NCBI RefSeq assembly: GCF_006345805.1
Contig: NC_043003.1
Span: 4,898,001 to 4,962,000 of the forward strand
DNA from: Octopus sinensis
Taxonomy: Eukaryota
Length of the DNA: 64,000 bases
Reading direction: 5' to 3'
Part shown: piece after piece, positions 25,211 through 38,801 of the stretch
Layout of the letters: each line of letters begins with the position of its first letter
Numbering within the stretch: position 1 is the stretch's first letter
Notes under the pieces: generated by a model
Told to the model about the DNA's origin: nothing
The model's database searches: none
What the model saw: the letters and a program-made list of their open reading frames with translations, nothing else
Translations under genes and position numbers: made by a program

Positions 25211-26687
25211 AATGTCCAGAGGTTGATGACGATGTTTGTGACTGCTAAATGCTGTGGGGACCTTTTTAGAATTATTTAAGGAATTTATAATTCTTGGGGA
25301 TTTAGTGGTTAGAAGATTACGGATAAGCGTCAAGTAAAAAAAATAGTTAAAAGTTTAAAGAAGAGAAACAAAGAAGAATTGTACAGAGATTGTGAAACTA
25401 TATGAATTGAAACATGGGATAGCAATGGCAGTTTTAAGGGAATTTATGTGGGTTATACCGTCAATAGATTTTAGGAATTGATTAAATAACTAAATAAATG
25501 CGAAATATACCCGAGAAGTTAAAGTTTTCAAACCTATATTTAAAATTGCTTGTATAGTATGGTTTTAGTCGTTAAAGGGGAAAAAGGCGTAAAATATAAA
25601 AAGGGATTTAAGAAATTTATTAGGTTAATGAGGATTAAACGTTTGGGAACTTACGACAGAAAGAAAACTAGACATAGCTATCGAAGGAATGGATAACTTG
25701 AAGAAGAATACTAGAACCGAGAAAGATTCATAAAGATGTTTAGTTTCTGGTCTCAGAAGGAACATGGGATTTAATGACAATACTGACAGCTTTAACAGCG
25801 AAATTATAAACGATTTTTGTACTAAAAGAATGAAGGTAAAACGAAGAAAGCAGATGTTCATATGTTTTACACAAACCCACATGCATATATGAGTAAATAA
25901 AATGTGCTACAACAACGATTGTGTCAATAAATTTGACTCCGAAAATATTTAGGAACGCGAAGCTATTTCAGAAAACGCTTCCTTTTGGCACAACACACTG
26001 TAGAATAGAACATGGTCATCACCAACGCATACATTTATTCACACGCACATATACATTCGTCTATACTTGAATAAGATATTTAGACGGTGTTCACACACTT
26101 GTTCTCAGTCACTTAATCTCCCCCGCCACACGCACACATAAAAACACGCCCACATATACACGCATGTCTATATATGTGTGTATATTTGTATATTAATTTG
26201 ATATTCCCGAGATGGAATTTAGCCTGCAGTCCTCTACGTTCTATATATACTAATTCACTAATAAAACTACAATTTTGTTAATGAAACACTGAAATCAATT
26301 TCTATTGTCTATTCCAGGATATGGGTGTTCTGGGTATGGAATATTTACCGATTCTAGCTTCCATTATATCCAATTTTTCTGTAATTATTCCCAAGTCTGT
26401 ATGGTAAAATATTCAAACTGTCAATGAATTATATCTGGCTCTCTATAAGTAAAACCGAAACTATATGGTGGAATTATGTGTATGTCTTCGAGAATTATAT
26501 GTATCCTGATTTGGCAGAATTATGTTACATGGCCTGTTGAATGGTACATGATTCTGTGTGGAAATGTATTTACAGTGGTGAAGAATTGTAAGCGATTGTG
26601 TGAAGAGTTTGAGTTTTATAGAAGATTCTTAATGGAATTATTTTGACTTATTTTAGGAATTACCTCTCAATAATAACAAGCAGATTA

Positions 26688-27260
26688 GACGGCGAGCTGG
26701 CAGAAATGTTTGCACGCCGGGCGAAATGCTTAGCGGTATTTCGTCTGCCGTTACGTTCTGAGTACAAATTCCGCCGAGGTCGACTTTGCCTTTCATCCTT
26801 TCGGGGTCGATAAATTAAGTACCAGTTACGCACTGGGGTCGATATAATCGATTTAATCCGTTTGTCTGTCCTTGTTTGTCCTCTCTGTGTTTAGCCCATT
26901 GTGGGTAGTAAAGAAATAAGAAACTTTTGCACGTCGGGAAAAATGCTTCGAACTATTTCGTCTGTCTTTACGTTCTGAGTTCAAATACCGCCGAGGTTGA
27001 TGTTGCCTTTCATACTTTCAGGGTCGATAAATTGAGTACCAGTTGCGTACCTCCCCCAAAATTTCGGGCTTTGTGCCGAGAGCAGAAAAGATTATTTCGT
27101 TCCTCTTCATTTTCTGAATTCTAATTTCGCCGAAGTTGGCATTACCTTTCATCCTTTCGGGGTAAATAAAATAAGGACCAGAAGAATACTGGGTTGATGT
27201 AATCGACTGACCCCTCTCCCTCGAAACTGCTGGCCTTGTGGCGAATTTCGAAACCAATAG
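26688..27260 (+). mobile_element. Cluster of family B SINEs: one young copy (26688-26918) then two older partial copies
   Basis: ggcgagctggcagaaatg...ttccgccgaggtcgactttgcctttcatcctttcggggtcgataaattaagtacc...gggtagtaaagaaata. Confidence 0.88.
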
Positions 27261-27431
27261 CAGATATACATTGGTGGTTGGTTGACTGGTTTCTCTATTC
27301 ACGATTTACATCGAATAAACAGAGAGGAAGGAATTAAAATAAAAGTACAAAGTTAACGTAAGAGGCGAATAGATGCGTTCACATAAGAGGCTTGGTTGCA
27401 GGCAAAGCGTCACAGAAGATTACACGAAGAA

Positions 27432-27479
<48 letters not shown>

Positions 27480-27859
27480 TAATAGATGTAAAGGAGGGTG
27501 GGGAGAGGAATTAAATGATAGACTTGTTGTCGGAGGAGTTATAAATAGAAGGAATCTCTTTTATTTGATATCTCACTGTTAAATATTTTCCTTTTTAAAA
27601 AAAACGCATTATATTCACTAAGTAACAAGAAATTTGATAAAAGTAAATTATCATTATCGTATGAATACAATATTTTCTGATGTTAGCTATCATGGCAAAA
27701 AGTATGCTTCCAAAATTACCCGTCACATGATTTTACAACCCCACCACACACACTCATATATTCCAGAAATCTGAAGGAGTGAGGTTCCTGTTAGGGGCTT
27801 GTAAAGCTTGAAGTAGCATAGAACCGAACCAAGTGTGTGTGTGTGTGTGTGTTTGTGTG

Positions 27860-27907
<48 letters not shown>

Positions 27908-27911
27908 ATAT

Positions 27912-27946
<35 letters not shown>

Positions 27947-28344
27947 ATGCCTGTATTTATATTATTTCATTCTTAATCTGTCAACACCTCAAATGTAAAA
28001 TTCTTCCCCGAAGACAGTGGGTGGTGGTATCCGAAGATGGAATCAAGCTACAAGCATTTTTGAACCACCAATTTGAACCCACCTCCCAGTAACAGATGTG
28101 GACTCGTTAAACTGCTACTCAGCCCCCATTAATTCCTGATATCATTTCCATTCTGTGTAAGACGGATTTCTTTTATATGTCTATATAACGTGCATTCTTT
28201 GTATTAAATGTATCTAGCATCATTTTGCATATCGACCATTACATTTACTCCGCTACCTGTTCAAGTTTAAATCTCTTGAGCATTACGAAGCGTATTCTAT
28301 ACAGAGAATTTCTGTGTCTCATCTCTCTCTCTCTCTCTCTCTCT

Positions 28345-28402
<58 letters not shown>

Positions 28403-28734
28403 TACGGTGTCAGCTGCTCACTACCAGTGAACTAAGATAACACTCTTTACTTTTCGAGCACCTTTCGGGGTATTCAGGTGGTTCGAAGCAGTGATGTTTT
28501 CGGCAAGTTCTCCACTCTTATTGCAGCCCCTATTTGTTCCACGTACTTCTCAAAATTTTACTTACTGTTCCCAGGGCTCCGACAATTATTGGTACTACTA
28601 CCACCTTATTATTATTATTATCATCATCATCAATCATTATTATTATTATCATTATTATTATTATTACTATCATTCAGGTGATCTGACAGAATCTTTAGCA
28701 CGACAGAGAAAATGCTTTACAGCATTTAGTCCGT

Positions 28735-28874
28735 CTTTACGCTCTGCGTTCAAGTTCCGCCGAAGCCGACTTTGCGTTTCATCCTTTCAGGATCGATAAA
28801 ATAAGCAACAGTCGAACGCTGGCATCTATGTAATAAATTTACCCCTACCCCGAAATTGCAGGCTTTGTGCCTAT
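28735..28874 (+). mobile_element. Degenerate SINE family B fragment abutting the CR1 5' end
   Basis: ttcaagttccgccgaagccgactttgcgtttcatcctttcaggatcgataaaataag. Confidence 0.65.
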
Positions 28875-29342
28875 AATCTCGAAAGAGTCCAGAAGCTGGC
28901 TACCCGCATGGTTCTTGGTCTCAAGAATTTGTCTTATGAAGAAAGGCTGAAGACGCTCGACCTTTATTCTCTAGAAAAACGACGACGCCGTGGTGATCTC
29001 ATTCTTGCTCACAACATCATAAGCGGAAGTTGTAACCTCTCGAAAAAGCTGTTCTTCACTCCTGCTCCAGAGCGTCGGCTGCGGGGTCATTCCGAAAAGC
29101 TCTATCTGCGACGATTTCATCTCAATCGAAGGAGAGGGGCTTTCTCCGTCCGGGTTGCGGATACGTGGAATAAGCTGCCAGATGAAATGGTGAAGATGCC
29201 GACGACCGCTCGGTTCAAAGTCTCCCTTGACCTCAAGTGGCCTGAACTCTTTACATGAACACCACCCTGTACATAACTCCATGTTCCCCTACATGGCCTT
29301 GCCTTTTGCTTTTTGAGCCAAAAAATTAACTAACTAACTAAC
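28875..29342 (+). mobile_element. 5'-truncated CR1-type LINE (ORF2 C-terminus, 3' UTR, (TAAC)n tail)
   Basis: LERVQKLATRMVLGLKNLSYEERLKTLDLYSLEKRRRRGDLILAHNII...LRGHSEKL...AFSVRVADTWNKLP is a typical CR1 ORF2 end; stop at 29256-29258. Confidence 0.92.
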
Positions 29343-29344
29343 AG

Positions 29345-29398
<54 letters not shown>

Positions 29399-29796
29399 AT
29401 TAGTAATATATTTTCCGGGTTAAGAAAAGAAAATCCGAAGTGGGTATCAACACTGTAACAGTTGGGGTGGAGGGAAGAGGAGAAGTGGAGGTGGTGGTAG
29501 TAGATGCAGCAACAGCAGCAGCAGAAAAAGGAGAGGAAGATAAAGAAAAAAACAACAACAACAACATCATCAACAATAATATTAGCAACATCAACAGACA
29601 AGTTCGACAGAATCTGTCAACTTATATATCATCACTATAAAAATATCAATATGTCTGAATGAGAATACGATATTTGAATATACCGCGTATGCATAGGCGT
29701 ATGTATATGTGCATACATGCATGTATATATATATACATATATATATATATATACATATATATACATATACATATACATATATGTATTGTTCCTGTG

Positions 29797-31653
29797 GAGG
29801 AACAATGGGTAATCAAAAACATCAAACAGAACCCAAAAGTGTTCTATTCTTATGCAAATAATCATAGAACCACTGTCTCACCTATTGGGCCATTGATTGA
29901 TGAAAACGGCATTCCCCAACACGATGCTAAAGAAATGGCAGAAATACTGCAGAAACAATATTGCTCTGTCTTCAGTGTTCCCACTGATATTGATGTGAGG
30001 GAAACGAACGAAGCTGACTCCCAACACAAAATCGCAGACATAACCTTCACTGCCACCGACATCGTAGCAGCAATAAATGAGGTCAAACATTACTCCGCTG
30101 TAGGCCCTGATAGATTTCCCGCCAGTCTCCTGAAGGAATGTAGATATCAACTTGCAGTCCCTCTGACCAACCTCTGGAGAAACTCGTTAGACGCAGGTTA
30201 TATACCGAAAAAGTTTCTATCCCAGTCGGTCATCCCGGTTTTCAAACAGGGAAACAGATCCCTCGCAGTCAACTATCGCCCAATCTCACTCACCTCCCAC
30301 ATCATTAAAGTGTTTGAAAGAGTGTTAAGATCAAGGATAGCTGACTTCCTGGAGACCCACAAACTTCTAAATTCAAATCAACATGGCTTTCGCTGTGGCA
30401 GGGACTGTCTAACACAGCTCTTACACCACATTGAAGATGTACTCAAAGCCTTGGGAACAGGTTCGAACTCTGACGTCATATACCTTGACTTCAGTAAAGC
30501 GTTCGACAGGGTAGACCATAACATCCTACTCTCAAAATTGGCAAATGTTGGAATCCGTGGAAAAGTTCTACACTGGATTCAGTATTTCCTAGCGAATAGA
30601 ACACAACATGTTGTAGTTGATGGAGTCCACTCAAACCCAGCAAAAGTCACCAGCGGTGTTCCCCAGGGAACTGTTTTGGGTCCGCTACTCTTCATAAGTT
30701 ATGTAAACGACCTTTCCAGTGTCGTACATCACTGCAAAGTGAAAATATTCGCTGATGACACTAAGCTCCAGCAAATCGTCAATGAAGAAGCAGACCGAAC
30801 TCAACTCCAGTCTGATCTATATGCTGTGAGTCAATGGGCAGACAGAAACAAAATGCAACTGAATGAGGGAAAATTTGAGCTGATGCATTTTGGAAGAAAT
30901 TCCTCACTAAAACAACCATACTCTCTTCCTTCAGGGGAACCGCTCACAGCCTCTAACAATATCAGAGACCTGGGTGTAATTGTTGATGACGATCTCAGTT
31001 GGAGTGCACACATCAACAAGAAGGTCGATACAGCTCGTAGGATGAGTTCCTGGATCTTAAGAACTTTCCGGTCCAGAGAACAAGGTGTCATCATACCACT
31101 TTTTTCATCCTTTGTACGGCCACACCTTGAATACTGCTGCCCACTGTGGTCTCCTCACACAAGACAAAACATCTCCAGAATTGAGTCACCCCAGAGGGCT
31201 CTCACTAAACAAATTGAAGGCATGGCTGTTCTCGACTATTGGGATCGCCTCAAAGCCTTGAAACTTTACTCCCTCCAGCGTCGCCGTGAGCGGTACATCA
31301 TTTGTACGATGTGGAAAATATACCGCCAACTTTGCCCAAACGACCTAAACATTAGCTTCAAGGTTCATCCGAGACTTGGACCACGGGCTATACGTCCCCT
31401 GCCAAATTCAAGATCACGACATACATGTACACTGCAACATAATTTCTTTTCCTCAACAGGCCCTGCCTTATTTAACATTGTCCCGAGGGAGATCAAAGAG
31501 GAAAAAGATCCCATCAACTTCAAACAGAGTCTGGATAGATTCCTTCAAAGAATACCAGACAAGCCACCCATAATTGGATACAACTCACCCAACAAGAACT
31601 CACTACTTGAACAAAACTGGATACAACTCACCCAACAAGAACTCACTACTTGA
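29797..31653 (+). CDS. LINE ORF2 reverse transcriptase domain (endonuclease missing, no own start codon)
   Basis: NYRPISLTSHIIKVFERV, QHGFRCGRDC, YLDFSKAFDRVDH, GVPQGTVLGPLLFISYVND, IFADDTKL, RDLGVIVD, FVRPHLEYCCPLWSP; no stops over ~620 codons. Confidence 0.93.
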   Translation, partial: EEQWVIKNIKQNPKVFYSYANNHRTTVSPIGPLIDENGIPQHDAKEMAEILQKQYCSVFSVPTDIDVRETNEADSQHKIADITFTATDIVAAINEVKHYSAVGPDRFPASLLKECRYQLAVPLTNLWRNSLDAGYIPKKFLSQSVIPVFKQGNRSLAVNYRPISLTSHIIKVFERVLRSRIADFLETHKLLNSNQHGFRCGRDCLTQLLHHIEDVLKALGTGSNSDVIYLDFSKAFDRVDHNILLSKLANVGIRGKVLHWIQYFLANRTQHVVVDGVHSNPAKVTSGVPQGTVLGPLLFISYVNDLSSVVHHCKVKIFADDTKLQQIVNEEADRTQLQSDLYAVSQWADRNKMQLNEGKFELMHFGRNSSLKQPYSLPSGEPLTASNNIRDLGVIVDDDLSWSAHINKKVDTARRMSSWILRTFRSREQGVIIPLFSSFVRPHLEYCCPLWSPHTRQNISRIESPQRALTKQIEGMAVLDYWDRLKALKLYSLQRRRERYIICTMWKIYRQLCPNDLNISFKVHPRLGPRAIRPLPNSRSRHTCTLQHNFFSSTGPALFNIVPREIKEEKDPINFKQSLDRFLQRIPDKPPIIGYNSPNKNSLLEQNWIQLTQQELTT

Positions 31654-31660
31654 ACAAAAC
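31575..31660 (+). repeat. 43-bp tandem duplication at the end of LINE ORF2
   Basis: tggatacaactcacccaacaagaactcactacttgaacaaaac x2 (31575 and 31618). Confidence 0.95.
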
Positions 31661-31768
31661 TTGACTTAAACAGGATTCGAATAATCCTATCAGGTGGTGC
31701 TATTAAGTTAGACATGGCCTGGACCAATCTCTGGTCGAAACATATCTAAGTTTTATCTAAGTTTTAAA

Positions 31769-31809
31769 TATATATATACATATACATATATATATACATA
31801 TACATATAC

Positions 31810-31841
<32 letters not shown>

Positions 31842-32061
31842 ACACATATATATACATATACATATATATATACATATATATATACATATACATATATATA
31901 TACATATACATATATATATACATATACATATATATATACATATATATATATATACACACATATATATATATATACACAATATATATATATATACACATAT
32001 ATATATATTACATATATATATACACTATATATATATATAACATATATATTATACACATATA

Positions 32062-32092
<31 letters not shown>

Positions 32093-32252
32093 GACATTAT
32101 AATATACACATATATATATATATACATATACATATATATATACATATATATATATATACACATATATATATACACATATATATATATATACTATATATAT
32201 ATATACAATATATATACATAATATATATATATATAGACATATATATATACAC

Positions 32253-32285
<33 letters not shown>

Positions 32286-32470
32286 ACATATATATATACA
32301 CATATATATATATACATATATATATATATTATATATACATATATATACACATATATATATACACACACACACATATATACACACACACAGACACACACAC
32401 ATATATATTATATATACATATATATATACACATATATATATACACACACACATATATACACACACCACAG

Positions 32471-32549
<79 letters not shown>

Positions 32550-32656
32550 CATATATATATATACATATATATATACACATATATATATACACACACACAT
32601 ATATACACACACACAGACACACACATATATATATATATATGTGTGTGTGTGTGTAC

Positions 32657-32722
<66 letters not shown>

Positions 32723-32760
32723 ATATATATATGCATATATGCATACGCACGTATCTTGAT
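31769..32760. repeat. ~1-kb compound TA/CA microsatellite
   Basis: Directly visible. Confidence 0.95.
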
Positions 32761-33059
32761 ATGCATATGAAGGCCTAGACAGATATATCATGCGTTTTTA
32801 CCCATTCCTATAGACAGTCTTTTATTTAAACAGACGCGCGTTCACATATTTGATTGCGAGTGTATATAGTCATTTATCACTTCATAAAGGAAAATGTATA
32901 ATGTTGACGGCTGTGTGTATATGTCAGTGCTAGTGCTGTTAGCTATGTATGTGAGAGAGTCTGTGAGTGTGTATGAGTCTGTGAGTCCATGTGTCTGCGC
33001 GGTTGTATGCGCTTAATTAATCTACCTTGATGTAAGAGTCTGCCCGCTCGTATGTGTGC

Positions 33060-33106
<47 letters not shown>

Positions 33107-33209
33107 TGTGTCTGTGTTGGTGTCAGTCGGTCTGCATGGAAGTCTTTGTTGTGTCTGCATAAATATCAGAACAATCAGACAGTGGGGAGGCTATCAGATA
33201 AGAAAGAAC

Positions 33210-33245
<36 letters not shown>

Positions 33246-33371
33246 ACATACATACACTCAAACACACACTTACGCATACTAACAGACACGTAGATATACG
33301 TGAGACGAACACAGTTATATACATAGACACATCAACTAGAATAAGAACATTTTACTTCTACTACTACAACT

Positions 33372-33410
33372 AATGATAAGAATAATAATAATGATAATAA
33401 TGATAATAAC

Positions 33411-33457
<47 letters not shown>

Positions 33458-33491
33458 TAATAATAATAACAATAATAATAATAATAACAAC

Positions 33492-33559
<68 letters not shown>

Positions 33560-33605
33560 TAATAATAATAACAATAATAATAATAATAACAATAATAATA
33601 ATAAT
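33372..33605. repeat. (AAT)n microsatellite with AAC interruptions
   Basis: Directly visible; source of the poly-I and poly-L ORFs. Confidence 0.97.
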
Positions 33606-34172
33606 AGGAAGAAGAAGAAGAAATAAAACTAGAACCGCAACAAGCACCAACACAATAAATTTACAATTTTGTTGAAAAAATCAAAGATTAAAGTTTTAGA
33701 AAACGTCAAATCGATCATTTTTGGTGACAATTGCTATTGTTGTTCGATCTGACAGATTTGTTTCAATATTTTCGTCCAAACAATCAATTGATAAAAAAGA
33801 TCTATAGGATGTAATTTATCCTGAAAAATAAATGTTTCAAGGTGAGGAACAGTCATTAAAAGTTCAGCCGCGACCAAATCAATGCCAATGCCGCCGCCTC
33901 TTACCATTTTTTGATTTTTTTCTTTTTTTTTTGGCTCTCAAAGTTTTTCTCTGTTCGTCGGCGTTTTTTTTTTCTTTTTCCTATGTTTTATTTTTTGGTG
34001 CGCTTTCTTTTTCTTTAAAATCTATTTCGGGATATTTTTTTGTTTGTTGCTTTTGTGTTTTGTTTATGTTGTTTTAATGACTTATTTTAATTTATAGTTT
34101 AATTCAACTGTTGTTGTAATATGTGTACGTATAAGCAGATGTGTTGCTCTCTCTCTCTCGCTCTTACTATAT

Positions 34173-34211
<39 letters not shown>

Positions 34212-34376
34212 CACGCACACATATATACATACATACACGCACACATATATACATACATATATATTATATATATATATACACGCACACATATATACATACA
34301 TACACGCACACATATATACATACATATATATATAATATATATATATACATACATACACGCACACATATATACATAC

Positions 34377-34415
<39 letters not shown>

Positions 34416-34496
34416 ATACATATATATATATACATACATATATATATATATACATACATATATATATATACATACATATATATATATATATATAAC

Positions 34497-34527
<31 letters not shown>

Positions 34528-35805
34528 TATATATATACACACATATATATATATACACACACATATATATATATATATATATGTATATGTATATGCGCAT
34601 TCTGGTATGAAGGTATGTATGCATGGGTATGTGCGGAGGTGTATATGCGTGTGTGTGTTTCCATATGAATGTCTTTATATATGTGGTTATATGTGTATTC
34701 ATATATGCATATGCAAATATGTGTATACACTGGTGTATGTAAGAACGTATATAAATATATATATGGGTGTGTGTTGACATGCATAGCTGTATACGTGGCT
34801 GTATATGTGTGTGTGTGTGTGTGTATGCGCATATGAGTGTGTGTAGCTTCGTGCGATTCCAGTTCCTCGCTAAAATAATTGAAATTTTACTCATTTATAC
34901 GACGGAATATCCTTCACACATAGATACAGTAACGCACGGAAGCTCACACACATATACAAATATAGATTCTTGCATAAACATATATAGATTCGGATTATTA
35001 TACAAGCATGCACATATTCCAATACAATCGACCGAGACCCTTTGATACTGCTGCCCCAACATGGCCGCAGTCCAATTAATGAACTCCGTATGAGAAGAAT
35101 AAAACATTATTCACGAAGAGACGTTATTAACGCTTTGTACATTTTTAGTAATTAAAGAGAAATGCTGAAAGTCTGTGTGCGGGTCTGTGTATGTGTCGGT
35201 TTATTTCTATGTGTGTATTTACTTTATATGTGTTTCAACGTGCGTCCGTGATGTGTAAGGTTTGTTCAGGTCGAGTAATTACTTTGTTGTTCGGCGGTAG
35301 CATCTCTCGGGTGGACGACGGGTGAAAGGGTTCTCACCTCACTCTCAAATCAAGTTTGGATACTGCTTGTCGGTCCTCCCCCCCCACTCATCTCTCAATG
35401 CTGCCTCCATTGATAAACCAAACATAACGAAGAACTGGCATTCTTAACATCATCTTGCTTATGAGTCAAGAAGAAAATGATGCTTCTCTTGTACAACTCA
35501 CCGTTACATCAATTTAATTCACACGCACACACACACACACACACGCACACATACACATAGCATCAGAAGCTCGTACAAGTTAATGTCTTAGTGTGAGATG
35601 CACTTCTTTGTAAAAAAGGACGGGAGTGTTGAGAAACGGCACGCGTCCAGGCTTTACTCTTAAGAGTCGTTGTGTCAGCAATCGCTCTGGTCCTCTCAGC
35701 GGTGTCAAGGATACGTTTATGACTCTGTGACTCCCTCTGACGGCTAAATTACAAGTCACCATCGTCGTCGCTTACACGTCCACAGTGACAATCTCTGAAG
35801 CCATT

Positions 35806-36225
35806 CATAGGCGTGGCTCTGCGGTAGGAAGTTTTCTTCCCAAACACGTGAATCCAGGTTCGGTCACACTGCATGGTACCTTGGGTGAGTGTCTTTTACT
35901 GTACCCGGGGGCTGACCCAATTTGGTTACATAGAAACTGAAAGAAGCCCGTCGTGTATATATATATATATATATATATATACGTACGTATATCTGTGTGC
36001 GTGTCTTTTTCTGTGTTTGCTAGCTGCCACAGCTTGAGGACCGTTGTTGGTATGTTTACATTCCCGTAATGTAGCCGTTCGGCAAAAGGAACTGACAGTA
36101 TAAATACGATGTTTCAAAAAAACATAATATAGGTATTGCAGTCGATTTTTTCGATAAAAATTCTTCAAGGCAATGCTGCAGCATGGCCGCAGTATAATGA
36201 TGGAATCAAGTAAAAGATAAAGAAT
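35806..36225 (+). mobile_element. Degenerate SINE, family A
   Basis: ggcgtggctctgcggtaggaag head, gaaactgaaagaagcccgtcg core, gcagcatggccgcagt tail. Confidence 0.75.
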
Positions 36226-36472
36226 CAAAATAGTTGTTTGGGGGAGACGTCGACTTTCTTATGACCACTCCAGCAATTTAGAAGTGATCGATTTTCTTAA
36301 CGCCAGAGTTCGATCTGACTACAAAAGATAGGAACGTATCGAAGGGGAGAACGGGAATGTGCGACATTAATAGAGTTCAGCTTTTCAGATTGTGAGCAGA
36401 GCTTGATCTGTTCATCCTGTATTTCGGTCTGCGTCAACCCCCGGCAACACGATATCACAAAGGTAATCATGC

Positions 36473-36888
36473 GAAGGCGGCGAGCTGGCAGAAACGTTAG
36501 CACGCCGGGCGAAATGCTTTGCGGTATTTCGTCTGCCGTTACGTTCTGAGTTCAAATTCAGCCTAGGTCGACTTTGCCTTTCATCCTTTCGGGGTCGATA
36601 AACTAAGTACCAGTTACGCACTGGAGTCGATGTAATCGACCTAATCCGTTTGTCTGTCCTTGTTTGTCCTCTCTATGTTTAGCCCCTTGTGGGTAGTAAA
36701 GAAATAGGTATTTCGTCTGCCGTTAAGTTCTGAGTTCAAATTCCGCCGAGGTCGACTTTGCCTTTCATCCTTTCGAGGTCGATTAAATAAGTACCAGTTA
36801 CGCACCGGGGTCGATGTAATCGATTTAATCCGTTTGTCTGTCCTTGTTTGTACTCCCTGTGTTTAGCCCCTTGTGGGTAGTAAAAAAT
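36473..36888 (+). mobile_element. Family B SINE tandem dimer (full unit plus 5'-truncated unit) inside one TSD
   Basis: Unit 1 36473-36706, unit 2 36707-36888; aggtaatcatgc at 36461-36472 and 36889-36900. Confidence 0.92.
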
Positions 36889-36949
36889 AGGTAATCATGC
36901 ATTAATTCTTGGTATCACATCAATTTCATTACAGTCAGAAGAAAGAAAA

Positions 36950-37029
<80 letters not shown>

Positions 37030-37744
37030 CTTTAATGGTTTAAAGCGACAAAGACAATGTGTAATGCTGACTCTGAACTACAGGGTGGCTGAACACCACC
37101 ACTGCTGGACTGGATACCGCACGATGTCCAATTTCAAAGTCAACTTTCAACCCATGTGATCGTTTCAACATGAAACGCCAACAAAAAAGCTAAACATCTT
37201 CAAACTGCTTTTAGCATTGATCAGAGAAATTTAGTGAGGATGTGGAGAACAAAATCAGTAACGGTTTGAGACAATGTTGTAGCTTTGATACCTCTACACA
37301 ACGTAAAGTCGCTTGAAAATCTTGGTTGCAGAATGCACCGGTCTCACATCATGATAATGATACAGAGGCACCAGCTACTACCTAAACCGGTCGTAGTACT
37401 GCTTACTACATTGACGGTGCCTCATATGATGGAAGGCTTCGTATCACATTAACAAGGCAGATTAGTACATGGTACAGAAAAGACAATTGTCGAGTCGCTT
37501 TTGTCAAGACACCTACAACTTGAGATGATCCTAAAAGCATTGCGAGTTATCTACGGCTCGAGCGTTTCTCCCCCGTTACAGCCGCTAAGTGAAGGTTGCT
37601 CGGTGATATTTGTGAGCATAGGAAAGACCCACGAAAGCGAGGGGAGACAGCAATAGCTCATTTCCCAGAAACAAGATGGCTACGCTCATTGTTAACATTG
37701 AGAAATCTGTAGAAAATCTACTCAGTGGTAAGGTTCATGGACTT

Positions 37745-37935
37745 TAAGGCGGCGAGCTGGCAGAAACGTTAGCATGCCGGGCGAAATGATTTGTGGTATT
37801 TCGTCCGCCGCTGCGTTCTGAGTTCAAATTCCGCCGAGCTCGACTTTGCCTTTCATCCTTTCGGGATAGATTAAATGTTTGTCTGTCCTTGTTTGTCCCC
37901 TCTGTGTTTATCCCCTTCTGGGTAGTAAAGAAATA
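37745..37935 (+). mobile_element. Family B SINE with internal deletion and 18-bp TSD
   Basis: ggtaaggttcatggactt at 37727-37744 and 37936-37953. Confidence 0.92.
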
Positions 37936-38801
37936 GGTAAGGTTCATGGACTTGACAACACTCTTGAATATATCTACAAGACTGGCAGTTGTCGCTTTAT
38001 CTCTAAGTCCATAGACATGGCTGTTTTTCTTCCACTTAATGTACTGCCAAAAATATGTAGTGATAGATAATGTTCTGAATCCTCTCACGATTCTCAGCAT
38101 TATGTTTATTTTTTGCTTTCTGACTTATGTATTCCAGGCCAGAAAACTGCATTCAGCACGCGTCATCGCACTAGCAATAGATTTTTCCGTTTGAGAAAAC
38201 TCCAGATCGAAACCATGATATAAGCAGACACGGTTTGGTGACATCCTATTTGAGGATAATTATTCTCAGTTCAGATTCAAAGTCTCAAAGGAGGAGGTCC
38301 TTACATCAAATCAAAGAAACGGAAGTGATGGACCAGCCAATCCCACACTTTGAATAAATGGACCCTAAAATCATCAAAGTCAGACCTCTGCTGACCATCG
38401 GCAAATTTTCAATACTCAATAATCGCCCGAAGGGGTCTATGTGAAGAAGAGTCTTACACTCCAGATAAAATAAATGAACTACAGCACAGGTTAGCAGCCA
38501 AATATCTACACGCCAGCATCCTGCTTCCAGCATTCATGACAAACTCGCGTGCACTGCCTAGGTTTTACACTTTCCTAAGAAGAAGCCGGCACTGATTATA
38601 GGGTGAATGTTAGAATAGTTGAAGAATAACCTTCAAAACTTTCTTATTCCATTATATTGAGCAGAGAGAAAGCATCCAGTATATAGCCTAAACCCTGTAT
38701 GGATAATCCCAAAGCCTTCCTTCAGTTTTAATCCAGACTCTCATCAGAGTAGCTGTTTAGGTACCTACTGACACAAAGACAAAAAACAAAAAAATATCAT
38801 C

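Larger units (their letters stand above)
29785..31768 (+). mobile_element. Young 5'-truncated CR1/L2-group non-LTR retrotransposon inserted in a TA/CA microsatellite
   Basis: Uninterrupted RT ORF, 3' UTR, short atctaagttt(t) tandem tail; microsatellite on both flanks. Confidence 0.95.

Noticed and set aside
29659-29796. N-terminal 46 codons of the 664-aa ORF
   Set aside because: They come from the flanking microsatellite and junction hairpin; the in-frame ATG is coincidental.
37040-38760. Complex, non-microsatellite stretch that might be a decayed LTR pol or host exons
   Set aside because: No long frame or diagnostic RT, RNase H or integrase motif could be read.
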